Source: Candidatus Omnitrophota bacterium | Lineage (GTDB): Bacteria; Omnitrophota; Gorgyraeia; Zapsychrales; Zapsychraceae | Direction: 5' to 3' | Length of the DNA stretch: 64,000 bases | Assembly: GCA_016214285.1 (NCBI GenBank) | Contig: JACROV010000077.1 | Location: forward strand, 1,617-65,616 | Shown: one piece after another, positions 26,142 through 37,607 of the stretch | How positions within the stretch are numbered: position 1 is the stretch's first letter | How the letters are laid out: the number at the start of each line of letters is the position of its first letter | Program-made: the position numbers and the translations under genes | The notes under the pieces: model-generated | Databases searched by the model: none | Told to the model about the DNA's origin: nothing | What the model saw: the letters and a program-made list of their open reading frames with translations, nothing else

Positions 26142-27149
26142 ATGTCCAAGCGAATTTTAAAAATAGGCGTCATTGGCGACGGCAGCTGGGGGACCACCTT
26201 GGCCGTTTACCTGGCGAAGAAAGGCTATGCGGTCAAATTATGGGGGCCGTTCCCCGAATACATCCGTCAGATGCGTCAGAACCATTATAATCCGAAATTT
26301 CTTCCCGGCGTCCGTTTTCCGGAAAAGCTCACCCTTGTTGAGAAACTTAATGTCGTGCTCCAGGAGAGTGACCTCATTGTTTTTGCCATTCCTTCGCAGT
26401 ATGCCTCGAAGATCCTTAGAAAGATCAGCCAGACCGGCGTCAAATTATCAAAACGGATTTTCGTAAGTGTCACCAAAGGCATTGAGAAGACGAGCCTGCG
26501 GCGTATTTCAGAGATTGTCCGTGCGGAATTGGGAAATATTCCTTTCGCGGTCTTGTCCGGGCCGACGATCTCCGCGGAGGTCGCCAAGGGGATACCCACG
26601 ACGGCGGTTGTCGCTTCACGCGATATGCGGATCGCCAGGAAAGTGCAAGAGGTCTTTAATTCCGACAGCTTTCGTATTTACACCAACATGGATGTGGTCG
26701 GCGTCGAGCTGGGTGGAAGCATCAAAAATATCATCGCCATCGCCTGCGGGGTCTGCGACGGGTTAGGGCTGGGAACCAACGCGAAAGCGGCCATTGTCAC
26801 CCGCGGGCTCGCGGAGATGGCGCGGCTGGGAACAGCGTTGGGCGGCAAGGCGAAAACTTTTTCCGGCTTGACGGGCTTGGGCGATCTGGTAACGACCTGT
26901 TTTAGCCCGCAGAGCCGTAACCGGTATGTCGGGGAACAACTGGGCTCGGGAAAACCTATCGGGAAAATCATCAATTCGATGGAGATGGTCGCGGAGGGCG
27001 TTGAAACCGTCAAGGGCGTGTACAAGCTGAGCAAGAAGCGCAGGGTTTCTATGCCGATCACGGCGGAAGTCTATCAGATCATTTGTCGGAATAAAAAGCC
27101 CGCTGATGCCGTGACCGACCTGATGAGCCGCAAGGCGAAGGCGGAATAA
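26142..27149 (+). CDS. gpsA: NAD(P)H-dependent glycerol-3-phosphate dehydrogenase
   Basis: KIGVIGDGSWGTTLAVYLAKKG, GPTISAEVA, GGSIKNIIAIACG and TRGLAEM are present. The ATG at 26142 is preceded by GGGGGAG. The track start at 26028 lies inside the upstream GT2 gene. Confidence 0.93.
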   Translation: MSKRILKIGVIGDGSWGTTLAVYLAKKGYAVKLWGPFPEYIRQMRQNHYNPKFLPGVRFPEKLTLVEKLNVVLQESDLIVFAIPSQYASKILRKISQTGVKLSKRIFVSVTKGIEKTSLRRISEIVRAELGNIPFAVLSGPTISAEVAKGIPTTAVVASRDMRIARKVQEVFNSDSFRIYTNMDVVGVELGGSIKNIIAIACGVCDGLGLGTNAKAAIVTRGLAEMARLGTALGGKAKTFSGLTGLGDLVTTCFSPQSRNRYVGEQLGSGKPIGKIINSMEMVAEGVETVKGVYKLSKKRRVSMPITAEVYQIICRNKKPADAVTDLMSRKAKAE

Positions 27150-27150
27150 A

Positions 27151-27396
27151 ATGGAAAAGGCGATCCACATTCAATATTTCGCGCTTTTGCGCGAGCAACG
27201 TGGGGAAAGTGAAGAAACGCTTCGAACCACCGCCCAAACGCCCCAGGGATTGTACGCTCAGCTTAAAAAAGATCACCGATTTACCTTGCCGGAGCAATCG
27301 GTACGCGTTTCTATCAATGAGCAGTTTGCCGACTGGCAGACTGCGTTGCGATCCGGCGACCGTGTAGTATTTTTACCGCCGGTTTCCGGTGGATAG
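27151..27396 (+). CDS. MoaD/ThiS-family small sulfur-carrier (ubiquitin-fold) protein
   Basis: The protein is 81 aa and ends in ...GDRVVFLPPVSGG with a C-terminal Gly-Gly. It starts 2 nt after the gpsA stop. Confidence 0.72.
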   Translation: MEKAIHIQYFALLREQRGESEETLRTTAQTPQGLYAQLKKDHRFTLPEQSVRVSINEQFADWQTALRSGDRVVFLPPVSGG

Positions 27397-27397
27397 T

Positions 27398-27451
27398 ATT
27401 AGGGGGACACGATACTTAATTCATTGGAATTAAGTATCGTGTCCCCCTAAT
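27398..27451. repeat. Perfect 25-bp stem / 4-nt loop hairpin (terminator-like but without a U-tract)
   Basis: ATTAGGGGGACACGATACTTAATTC-ATTG-GAATTAAGTATCGTGTCCCCCTAAT begins 2 nt after the moaD-like stop. Confidence 0.85.
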
Positions 27452-27477
27452 CGAACTATTAGCGGACGTTTAAACCT

Positions 27478-28824
27478 ATGGTTTCCTATTTGATTTTATC
27501 GTTAACGGCATTTCTGGTCAATATCCCGATGGGATATATTCGGGAAAATTGCCCCAAATTTTCTTTCCGCTGGTTTTTCTGGATCCACGTCTCGATCCCG
27601 CTTATTATTTTTATGCGCGTGACGCTGGGCACATCAAAATGGTTTATTCCTGTCTGTATCTTTTGGGCCATTGCGGGCCAGATCATCGGCGGCCGGTGGC
27701 GCCGCAAACGGACGTCCTGGCAGGAAGCCGAGCGGCTCAAGCAGATACCGGCGATCGACCCTCTGGACCCAACGAAGCTGGATGAGTCCCGGACAACCGT
27801 CGTTCTGTTGAACATGGGAGGGCCGAAGACCAACGCGGATGTTCCCGATTTTCAGAAGAGATTATTCCAGGACCCGATGCTGATCCGTTTTCCAATGTCA
27901 TTTTTGTTCCAGCGGCTTTTTGCCTGGCTTTTGGTGACGTTCCGTGCAAAGGCGGCCATGGCGCGTTATCAGCTCATCGGCGGCGGCAGTCCGATCTTTG
28001 AATCGACCGAGCGTCAGACCCAGGCGTTGCAGCAAGAACTGACCAGACGGGGCAGGAAAGTGGACGTCATTTTCTCCTTCAATTACAGCGCGCCGTTCCC
28101 GGAAGAAACCATCCGCACCATTCTGCGGTCGGGAAGGACCAACACGTTGCTTTTAAGTTTGTATCCGCATTATTCCAGGGCAACGACGGGTTCCAATATC
28201 CATTATCTGAAAAAAGCGGCCGATAAGATCTATCCCGAAATCCAGTTCACGGAGGCGCCGGCATATTATCTGCATGACGGCTACATCCAGGCGCTTGTTG
28301 ACCGGATCCGTGAGCAGATAAAACCCGGTGAATCCCTGGATGATTTTTATTTGATCTTTTCTCCGCATGGCCTTCCTTTATATTCTTTGATGGAAGGGGA
28401 CCCTTACGCGTTTCAGGTTTCTCAAACCGTGGCAAGAATATTGGTGAAGCTGGGACGGACGAATCGCTGGAGCATTGCCTATCAAAGCGCTGTGGGTCCT
28501 CTGCAGTGGTTGAAACCATCCCTGGAAGACATGCTGGAGGCGGTCACACGGCGCGGATATAAAAAACTTTTGATCGTTCCGGTCGCGTTTGTCACGGACC
28601 ACATTGAAACGCTCTGCGAGGTCGACATCGAATACCGCAAGCTCGCGGAAGCTCTCGGCGTTACGGACTACCGCATGTCCCTGGCCATCGAATGCCACCC
28701 GGAATTTATCCGGGCACTGGCGGACAGTGTGGAGGCGGCGCTTACCCCTCGGACAAAAGGCCTGCGGCATACGGTTTCGCTATTAAGGGAGGGAATAGAT
28801 TCTCTCCTGAAATCTTCAAAATGA
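27478..28824 (+). CDS. hemH: Ferrochelatase with an N-terminal membrane domain of about 95 aa
   Basis: The ferrochelatase core runs from VVLLNMGGPKTNADVPDFQKRLFQDPMLIRFP through YQLIGGGSPI, LYPHYS, FSPHGLP, YQSAVGPLQWLKP and AFVTDHIETL. Residues 1-95 contain 3 hydrophobic helices followed by RWRRKR. Confidence 0.88.
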   Translation: MVSYLILSLTAFLVNIPMGYIRENCPKFSFRWFFWIHVSIPLIIFMRVTLGTSKWFIPVCIFWAIAGQIIGGRWRRKRTSWQEAERLKQIPAIDPLDPTKLDESRTTVVLLNMGGPKTNADVPDFQKRLFQDPMLIRFPMSFLFQRLFAWLLVTFRAKAAMARYQLIGGGSPIFESTERQTQALQQELTRRGRKVDVIFSFNYSAPFPEETIRTILRSGRTNTLLLSLYPHYSRATTGSNIHYLKKAADKIYPEIQFTEAPAYYLHDGYIQALVDRIREQIKPGESLDDFYLIFSPHGLPLYSLMEGDPYAFQVSQTVARILVKLGRTNRWSIAYQSAVGPLQWLKPSLEDMLEAVTRRGYKKLLIVPVAFVTDHIETLCEVDIEYRKLAEALGVTDYRMSLAIECHPEFIRALADSVEAALTPRTKGLRHTVSLLREGIDSLLKSSK

Positions 28825-28831
28825 TTGGGTT

Positions 28832-29599
28832 TTGATGAGCGCACCGTTCGATCTTGGAGAATATATTCTGCGTCACACGCAGGACTCCCGCCAATGGCAT
28901 CTTCCGTTTTTGCCGCCGGTGCAATTACCGCTTTTTTTGAGCCTTCACGGCCTTATGCTCATCATCGCCGCGTCGTTTCTCATAGCGCTTTTTTGTCTTA
29001 TTTATGATAAAAAAACGCGGGTCCCCCGGCGGTTCACGAATTTACTGGAATTGATGATCATTTTTATCCGTGATGAGATAGCCGTAAAAAATCTCGGGGA
29101 AGAAGATGGTCGCAGGATGACCCCATTTTTGTGCACCTTGTTCTTCTTCATCCTTACGCTGAATTTGATGGGAATGATCCCGATATTTTCAACCGCCACG
29201 GCCAACCCCAACGTGACGGCTGCCTTGGCATTTTTCACCTTGTGTTTTATGGTTTTCGGAACCTTGTATAAAAGTGGATTTAAGGGATTGCAAAAGGCAC
29301 TTGTCCCGGCGGGCGTGCCCAAAGTGATCCTGATCATCCTGGTCCCCGTTGAGTTTTTCGGCATATTTATAAAAACAGGCGCGTTGACGATCCGTTTATT
29401 CGCTAATATGCTTGCCGGGCATATGGTGATTTTGTCCATGCTGGGCCTGGTTTTATTGCTGGGGTTAGTCGCTTTACCATCCATTCTTTTGGCGGTCAGC
29501 ATTGGGATCCTGGAGACATTTATCGCCTTTTTACAGGCGTATATTTTTACGCTGCTCACGGCCGTTTTTATCGGGCAGATGTATCATCCGGAACATTAG
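28832..29599 (+). CDS. atpB: F0F1 ATP synthase subunit a
   Basis: LTIRLFANMLAGHMV contains the essential Arg. There are 5-6 TM helices. It is the first gene of the atp operon. Confidence 0.93.
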   Translation: MMSAPFDLGEYILRHTQDSRQWHLPFLPPVQLPLFLSLHGLMLIIAASFLIALFCLIYDKKTRVPRRFTNLLELMIIFIRDEIAVKNLGEEDGRRMTPFLCTLFFFILTLNLMGMIPIFSTATANPNVTAALAFFTLCFMVFGTLYKSGFKGLQKALVPAGVPKVILIILVPVEFFGIFIKTGALTIRLFANMLAGHMVILSMLGLVLLLGLVALPSILLAVSIGILETFIAFLQAYIFTLLTAVFIGQMYHPEH

Positions 29600-29713
29600 G
29601 AGGATGCGGCGGATATTAATGCCCCTTTACATAAGGTAGAGCCGTCGTTATAATACGTCCGTTTTGAAAATTATTTCTGTTGTTTAACGTCATAGAGAGA
29701 AAGGAAAGAAGTT

Positions 29714-29938
29714 ATGACGGAAAATATTCATGGAAGTTTGTCGGTTATAGGTATCGGGCTTTCGGTTATGGGCGCGGGATACGGTATAGGAACGCTGGCC
29801 GCTGCGGCCTTGCAGGGGATCGCGCGCCAGCCCGAAGCCGCCAACAAGATCCAGACATTGATGTTGATCGCTGCTGCTCTTGTTGAGGGAATTGCCCTTT
29901 TTGGGATAGTGATCTGTATCATGGCCTTGAAGGGATAA
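29714..29938 (+). CDS. atpE: F0F1 ATP synthase subunit c
   Basis: The 74-aa hairpin protein has the GIARQPE loop and the carboxylate in AAALVEGIALFG. Confidence 0.93.
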   Translation: MTENIHGSLSVIGIGLSVMGAGYGIGTLAAAALQGIARQPEAANKIQTLMLIAAALVEGIALFGIVICIMALKG

Positions 29939-29957
29939 ATACGGGAAATAGAAGACC

Positions 29958-30497
29958 ATGACGAATGCCGTTATCCTGACCGATCCGCAGACAACTCCTC
30001 TGGCCGCGACTGAACCGAGCCTCTTGAGCCCGGATGTCGGTATGGTCGCTCTGACCTGGATCACTTTTCTGTTATTGTCGGTCGTGCTTTATAAATTCGC
30101 CTGGACCCCGATCTTGAAAGCCCTGGATGACCGTGAGGAACTGCTTCGCCGTTCTGTCGAAAATGCCGACAAGATTAAGGCTGAGTTGGACCAGCTCCAT
30201 CAAACCCGAAATCAATTTATTCATGAGGCGGAAGAGAAGGCCAGAAATATCATCAGCGAAGCGAAGCAGGCCGGCACGCAGTTGTCGCGGGTGATCCAGG
30301 ATAAGGCCAGGGAAGAGGCCGGTATCCTGCTGGAAAATACCCGGCGCGATATTAAGGAAGAGATCGCGAAGGCAAAAATTGTCCTGCGGGAAGAAAGCGC
30401 GCAGATCGCCATCGAGTTGGCCGGTAAGCTCATTGAGAAGAATCTGGATACGGAAAGTAACCGCAAACTGATCCACAAGTTAACCGCTGAAGTTTAA
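29958..30497 (+). CDS. atpF: F0F1 ATP synthase subunit b
   Basis: There is a single N-terminal TM segment (VALTWITFLLLSVVLYKFAW) followed by a long charged helix. The operon position fits. Confidence 0.85.
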   Translation: MTNAVILTDPQTTPLAATEPSLLSPDVGMVALTWITFLLLSVVLYKFAWTPILKALDDREELLRRSVENADKIKAELDQLHQTRNQFIHEAEEKARNIISEAKQAGTQLSRVIQDKAREEAGILLENTRRDIKEEIAKAKIVLREESAQIAIELAGKLIEKNLDTESNRKLIHKLTAEV

Positions 30498-30507
30498 AGT
30501 CCGTTCT

Positions 30508-31047
30508 ATGTCCTATAGGATCGCCCAACGTTACGCGCAGGCTTTGTTCGATTTGTCGCAAGAGCGCTCGAATCTCACGGCCGTCCATCACGACCTGCGG
30601 AAGATCAGCGATCTCGTGAACAGGTCCGCGGACCTGAAACATTTTTTGGCTGATCCGGTTATCGCAATGGAGAAATCTCAGGCTGTCCTGCAGGAGATGT
30701 TCCACGGCAAGATCGATGCACTCACCTTTAAGTTCCTGTTGTTCCTTGGACAGAAGAACCGTTTGGGGCATTTGCCATCCATATGTGCGATCTTCAGCGA
30801 TCTCTACGAGCACGCCAAAGGTATTTTACGGACAAAATGGACGAGCAGTGTGGAGCTCTCCGCGAAAGATGTCGACGATTTGTCCGGTTATTTAAAGAAG
30901 AAATTTAACAAAGACGTGATTGCCGAACAGCAGGTCGATCCGGGCTCTTTGGGCGGGATCAAGGTCCAGGCAGGGGACACTGTCTACGATTACACGCTGC
31001 GAACGCAATTGAAAAGATTCCGGGAAACCGTAGGGAACGCGAGTTGA
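30508..31047 (+). CDS. atpH: F0F1 ATP synthase subunit delta (OSCP)
   Basis: The N-terminus [12 protein letters not shown], the C-terminal [20 protein letters not shown] and the operon position all fit. Confidence 0.85.
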   Translation: MSYRIAQRYAQALFDLSQERSNLTAVHHDLRKISDLVNRSADLKHFLADPVIAMEKSQAVLQEMFHGKIDALTFKFLLFLGQKNRLGHLPSICAIFSDLYEHAKGILRTKWTSSVELSAKDVDDLSGYLKKKFNKDVIAEQQVDPGSLGGIKVQAGDTVYDYTLRTQLKRFRETVGNAS

Positions 31048-31051
31048 TCTT

Positions 31052-32566
31052 ATGACGACGAATATCCGGACGGAAGAGATATCCGCCATTTTACGAAAGC
31101 AGTTAAGCGATTTTGAGAAAAGGATTGAAGTCTATCAGATCGGGACCGTTTTAAGCGTAGGCGACGGTATCGCCCGCGTGCATGGCTTAGCCGATTGTAT
31201 GTTAGGTGAGCTGGTGACCTTTGCCGGCGGCATAACCGGCATGGCGCTTAATCTGGAAGAGGACAATGTCGGTGTTGCCATCTTCGGGGACGTCGCGCGG
31301 ATCAAGGAAGGCGACGAAGTCCGCCGGACCAACACGATCTCTTCGGTCCCTGTCGGTGAAAGTCTGGTCGGGCGGATCGTTGATGCCTTAGGCGTAGCCA
31401 TCGATGAAAATACCCCGATCTCCGCGAAGGAATCCCGGCAGATCGAGGTGAAAGCCCCCGGCGTTATGGATCGCCAGAATGTGCACGAGCCGCTGCAGAC
31501 GGGGATCAAAGTCATCGATGCCTTGACGCCCATCGGACGCGGACAGCGCGAACTTATTATTGGGGACCGCAAGACCGGAAAAACAACTTTGGCGATCGAT
31601 ACGATCCTCAATCAGCGCGGCCAGGACGTCTATTGTTTTTACGTTGCCATTGGGCAGAAACGCTCGACCGTAGCTCAAACCCATGAGGTCCTCAAGCGTC
31701 AGGGCGCGATGGAGTACACCACCATTGTCGCCGCGACCGCGTCAGATCCGGCACCGATGCAGTTTCTCGCGCCGTACGCGGCAACGGCCATGGCCGAATA
31801 CTATCGCGACAGCGGCCGTCACGCGCTTATTATTTTTGACGATCTGACCAAACAGGCCCAGGCCTATCGTCAGTTGTCTTTGCTGTTACGCCGGCCGCCG
31901 GGACGTGAAGCTTATCCGGGGGATATTTTCTATCTGCACAGCCGTTTACTGGAGCGCGCCGCCAAGATGAGCGCGGGAAAAGGCGGGGGCAGTTTGACCG
32001 CTTTGCCGATCATCGAAACGCAGGCCGGTGATATCTCGGCGTATATTCCGACTAACGTTATTTCCATCACGGACGGGCAAATTTTTCTGGAGCGGGATCT
32101 TTTTAACGCCGGGCAGCGGCCGGCGGTCAACCCCGGGCTTTCGGTTTCCCGCGTCGGCGGCGACGCGCAGATCAAGGCGATGAAACAAACCGCCGGATCT
32201 TTGCGTCTGGATTTGGCGCAGTATCGCGAGCTGGAAGCATTTTCGCAATTCGCGTCGGATTTGGACGCGGTGACGCGCAAACAACTGGAACGCGGCCAGC
32301 GTTTGATGGAGGTCATCAAGCAGGGCGCGGGCGTACCGTTACCGGTCGCGTATCAGGTCGCCATCATTTATGCCGGGGTCAACGGTTATCTGGACGAGAT
32401 CCCCCGGACGCAAGTGAAGGATTTCGAACAGCGGTTATTTGAAGGGCTGCAATCCTCGCATCAGGATTTCGTCGATCAGCTTAATAAAGAGAAGGCGCTG
32501 ACCGATCCCCTGAAACGATCCCTGAATACTATTCTGACTGACCTTCAAGAACGGATTACGGCCTGA
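31052..32566 (+). CDS. atpA: F0F1 ATP synthase subunit alpha
   Basis: P-loop [20 protein letters not shown] and [31 protein letters not shown] are present. Confidence 0.97.
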   Translation: MTTNIRTEEISAILRKQLSDFEKRIEVYQIGTVLSVGDGIARVHGLADCMLGELVTFAGGITGMALNLEEDNVGVAIFGDVARIKEGDEVRRTNTISSVPVGESLVGRIVDALGVAIDENTPISAKESRQIEVKAPGVMDRQNVHEPLQTGIKVIDALTPIGRGQRELIIGDRKTGKTTLAIDTILNQRGQDVYCFYVAIGQKRSTVAQTHEVLKRQGAMEYTTIVAATASDPAPMQFLAPYAATAMAEYYRDSGRHALIIFDDLTKQAQAYRQLSLLLRRPPGREAYPGDIFYLHSRLLERAAKMSAGKGGGSLTALPIIETQAGDISAYIPTNVISITDGQIFLERDLFNAGQRPAVNPGLSVSRVGGDAQIKAMKQTAGSLRLDLAQYRELEAFSQFASDLDAVTRKQLERGQRLMEVIKQGAGVPLPVAYQVAIIYAGVNGYLDEIPRTQVKDFEQRLFEGLQSSHQDFVDQLNKEKALTDPLKRSLNTILTDLQERITA

Positions 32567-32573
32567 GGCTGCC

Positions 32574-34864
<2,291 letters not shown>

Positions 34865-34869
34865 TTTAA

Positions 34870-35148
34870 ATGAACACATATCATTTGTCGGTTGTAACGC
34901 CTGCGGGCAAAGTTTTTGAAGGAGAGGCGGAATCTCTGGTCGCGCCGGGAGTGGAAGGCTCTTTCGGCGTTTTAGCCGGGCACGCACCCATGATCGTGGG
35001 GCTTAAAAAGGGAGCACTCACTTTGAAAACCAAAGATCAGACCCGATATTATACGATCAGCCCCGGTATTCTGGAGATCAGCGGGCAGAACAGAGTGCTT
35101 CTCCTTTCCGATGAAATTCTCGAAAAGCAGACACCGCCCGCTCAATAA
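34870..35148 (+). CDS. atpC: F0F1 ATP synthase subunit epsilon, short form (beta-sandwich only)
   Basis: LSVVTPAGKVFEGEAESLVAPGVEGSFGVLAGHAPMI is typical of the N-terminal domain. The ORF ends after 92 aa, whereas typical bacterial epsilon subunits are about 130-140 aa with two C-terminal helices. Confidence 0.85.
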   Translation: MNTYHLSVVTPAGKVFEGEAESLVAPGVEGSFGVLAGHAPMIVGLKKGALTLKTKDQTRYYTISPGILEISGQNRVLLLSDEILEKQTPPAQ

Positions 35149-35163
35149 CGCATTCCTATTCCG

Positions 35164-35940
35164 ATGCTCATTCCCCTGATCGTACTGACGAGTCTTATTT
35201 TCAGCGTCATCTATCCGCTGTGCTTCTGGATTCCTCGAAAAGATCCATTAAAGAATGATTTTCATAAATTTCATATCGCTCTGCCGAATGTTGTGGGCGG
35301 GGTGACGGTCGTGTCTTTGCTGTTCATGGATATTCCGCTGGCGACAAAATTGATCGTTCTATTGTGGAAGGGCGCTCTCATCGTTGTTTCCATGAGATCC
35401 TGGAAACAACAATATCCGGATGCGCTGTGGATGAGCATCCCGCCGCTTCTAGGGACCTGCGCGTTCTATCGCGTTATGGCGGATTTGACCGGGGCAGGGG
35501 GGCCGATTTCCTTGATCGCCTGGATCCTCGGGGGATGTATTTTTAGCGCGGCGCTTTTTGCCATGAATCTGGGGCACTGGTATTTGAACGTTCACGGACT
35601 TCCCATCGCGCATTTAAAACGGGCCGTGAATGTGCTGGGATTTTTTCTGGCCGCGCGTCTGGTTTGGGACGCTTGGTTTTTAGCGACCGGAAAGATATTT
35701 TATGGCGGGGAGTGGATACCAATTGTAAAATTCATCGCTAATCTCGACGGATTCTTTTTGCTGATCGCGCTTGTATTCGGGTTGCTTTTCCCTCTGGTTT
35801 CGCTGTATTTTGTCCACGGGACGTTGAAATTAAAGAACACTCAATCCACGACGGGCATTTTGCATGTTATCCTTTGCGCGGTATTGATCGGGGATATGAC
35901 GTATAAGTATTATATGATCAAGTTTGGAGTTTACTTGTAA
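35164..35940 (+). CDS. Hypothetical polytopic membrane protein (about 8 TM), unknown family
   Basis: This 258-aa hydrophobic ORF starts 16 nt after atpC on the same strand. I recognised no family motif. Confidence 0.6.
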   Translation: MLIPLIVLTSLIFSVIYPLCFWIPRKDPLKNDFHKFHIALPNVVGGVTVVSLLFMDIPLATKLIVLLWKGALIVVSMRSWKQQYPDALWMSIPPLLGTCAFYRVMADLTGAGGPISLIAWILGGCIFSAALFAMNLGHWYLNVHGLPIAHLKRAVNVLGFFLAARLVWDAWFLATGKIFYGGEWIPIVKFIANLDGFFLLIALVFGLLFPLVSLYFVHGTLKLKNTQSTTGILHVILCAVLIGDMTYKYYMIKFGVYL

Positions 35941-36122
35941 GGAGAGATGCTTGGTACTCGATGCAGAAAGCTCTGGGCGAGACCGGTCAAGAGCGGGATA
36001 AAGGTCAAAAGACTCAGGCCATAACATGTGTTCATGAAAAACCACATACATGTATTTTTTTCGCAGGGATCCCTATTTTAGGGAAGAGACGTTTATAGCA
36101 GTTGCGGCCGGGTGTTGCGCGC

Positions 36123-36410
36123 TTAGGTGTTCGGTCTTTTGGCTAAAGGTTCCCGCTTTTCCGTAAGGACGGGCAGATCCTTGGCTTTGGCCTTATTTAA
36201 AGCGACGTAGCTTTTCCATTTCCCAGGGACGTCGTCTTCAACGTAGATCGCCTGGACGGGACATTCGGGAATGCAGGCACCGCAGTCAATGCAGACCTCG
36301 GGGTCGATCACAAGCATTTCTTTATCTTCGTGAAAAGAGTCGACAGGGCAAACGGTAACGCAATCCGTATAACGACATTTTACGCAAGGTTCACAAACGA
36401 CATGAGCCAT
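36123..36410 (-). CDS. fdxA: 7Fe ferredoxin ([3Fe-4S][4Fe-4S], Azotobacter FdI type)
   Basis: [20 protein letters not shown]...[29 protein letters not shown] closely follows the FdxA pattern CIKCKYTDCVEVCPVDCF...CIDCALCEPECP. Confidence 0.9.
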   Translation of the reverse strand: MAHVVCEPCVKCRYTDCVTVCPVDSFHEDKEMLVIDPEVCIDCGACIPECPVQAIYVEDDVPGKWKSYVALNKAKAKDLPVLTEKREPLAKRPNT

Positions 36411-36570
36411 AAGAAAGCCTCCTCATTTAAAATAGAATTGGTCGATTTACTAACACGGATATCATAATTGGGTTGTGTTTGAAATTCAAGCATATTTTTA
36501 GTTTCTATTATTATAGAATATCCCCACTGGTTCTGACAGCAAACATATTATTTAACGGAGAATATAAACT

Positions 36571-37434
36571 ATGTGGTTGCTGTTATCCTTAGCCGCGGCC
36601 CTGTTCACGTCTTTAACCGACGTATTGGGTAAAAAGGTCATCGGCCGCTGTGGCGCTTATGTTGTCGTCTGGGGCATGAATCTTTTTGCCATGCCGTTTC
36701 TTTTTGCCGCGGTCTGCGCCCAGCCATTGCCTGTTTTGGGGCCGCTATTTTGGATGGTTCTGATGGTCCAAGGTTCTATGGTCGTTATTGCCTCGATCCT
36801 TTATTTTAAAGCTATTGAGGTCTCGGACCTGTCCCTTACCGTCCCGATGCTGGCGTTCACTCCTTTGTTTTTGCTGATCACCTCACCTTTAATGCTGGGT
36901 GAAAGTCCCAGCTCTCTGGGACTTTCAGGGATCTTTTTGATCGTCGCTGGTTCGTACGTGTTGAACATCACGCAATTGCATAAAGGATATCTTGCGCCCT
37001 TTAAAATGCTGGTCAAGGAAAAAGGGCCGCGGTACATGTTAATGGTGGCGTTATTGTACAGTGTCTGCGCCAATATCGATAAAATCGGAGTACGTCAGTC
37101 GTCACCATTGCTATGGGCATCCGCTTTAAATGCCGTTCTGGCCGTTGCGCTGGGTTTGATTATGCTGCGTAAGAGCAGCCAGGTGCCGCGGCGGATCAAG
37201 GAGGGGTGGAAATATTTGGTCTTGCTGGGGATTACCAACGCTTTCGCTTTGATCGCCAATATGGCCGCCATCCAGTTGACATTGGTCCCGTATTTGATCG
37301 CGATCAAACGGTTAAGTGTTTTTATGACATTGTTCGTTGGGTTTGTGATCTTCAAAGAGAAAGGATGTTGGGAACGTTCTGTCGGGGCCTTGCTGATGGT
37401 CCTGGGGGCGGCACTGATTTCCCTGGCGCACTGA
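36571..37434 (+). CDS. EamA/DMT-family transporter
   Basis: There are ten TM helices in two EamA-like halves, in a 287-aa protein. Confidence 0.8.
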   Translation: MWLLLSLAAALFTSLTDVLGKKVIGRCGAYVVVWGMNLFAMPFLFAAVCAQPLPVLGPLFWMVLMVQGSMVVIASILYFKAIEVSDLSLTVPMLAFTPLFLLITSPLMLGESPSSLGLSGIFLIVAGSYVLNITQLHKGYLAPFKMLVKEKGPRYMLMVALLYSVCANIDKIGVRQSSPLLWASALNAVLAVALGLIMLRKSSQVPRRIKEGWKYLVLLGITNAFALIANMAAIQLTLVPYLIAIKRLSVFMTLFVGFVIFKEKGCWERSVGALLMVLGAALISLAH

Positions 37435-37451
37435 TTTTGAAGAAGGTTGTA

Positions 37452-37479
37452 TTGACTTATCAAGCAGGTTTTATATAAT
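37452..37479 (+). promoter_or_regulatory. Candidate sigma-70 promoter upstream of acnA
   Basis: TTGACT (37452-37457), a 16-nt spacer, then TATAAT (37474-37479). A second TATAAT lies at 37564-37569 in the other arm of the inverted repeat. This is sequence pattern only. Confidence 0.3.
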
Positions 37480-37568
37480 AGGGTTATGCCCTTGACTACC
37501 ACTTCCAGCATACGATGGGCACGAAATCCTGTTGCACTGTTCATCAAAGGCATAACCCTATTATATAA
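37471..37568. repeat. Perfect 20-bp inverted repeat flanking a 58-nt spacer, between eamA and acnA
   Basis: TTATATAATAGGGTTATGCC at 37471-37490 is the exact reverse complement of GGCATAACCCTATTATATAA at 37549-37568. Confidence 0.85.
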
Positions 37569-37607
37569 TACACACCACATCCCCAAGGCGAGGTTTTGAG
37601 GTTACGT

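Noticed and set aside
25451-26197. 248-aa minus-strand ORF.
   Set aside because: It is antisense to the GT2 gene (25424..26128), which has clear family motifs. Its translation has no recognisable features.
29714-29938. Possibility that the ATP synthase is Na+-coupled.
   Set aside because: The c subunit has Glu followed by Gly-Ile (VEGIALF), not the Glu-Ser/Thr pair. By my hand alignment on the ARQPE loop, an Ile occupies the position of the Gln ligand of Na+-binding c-rings. A proton-type site is more likely.
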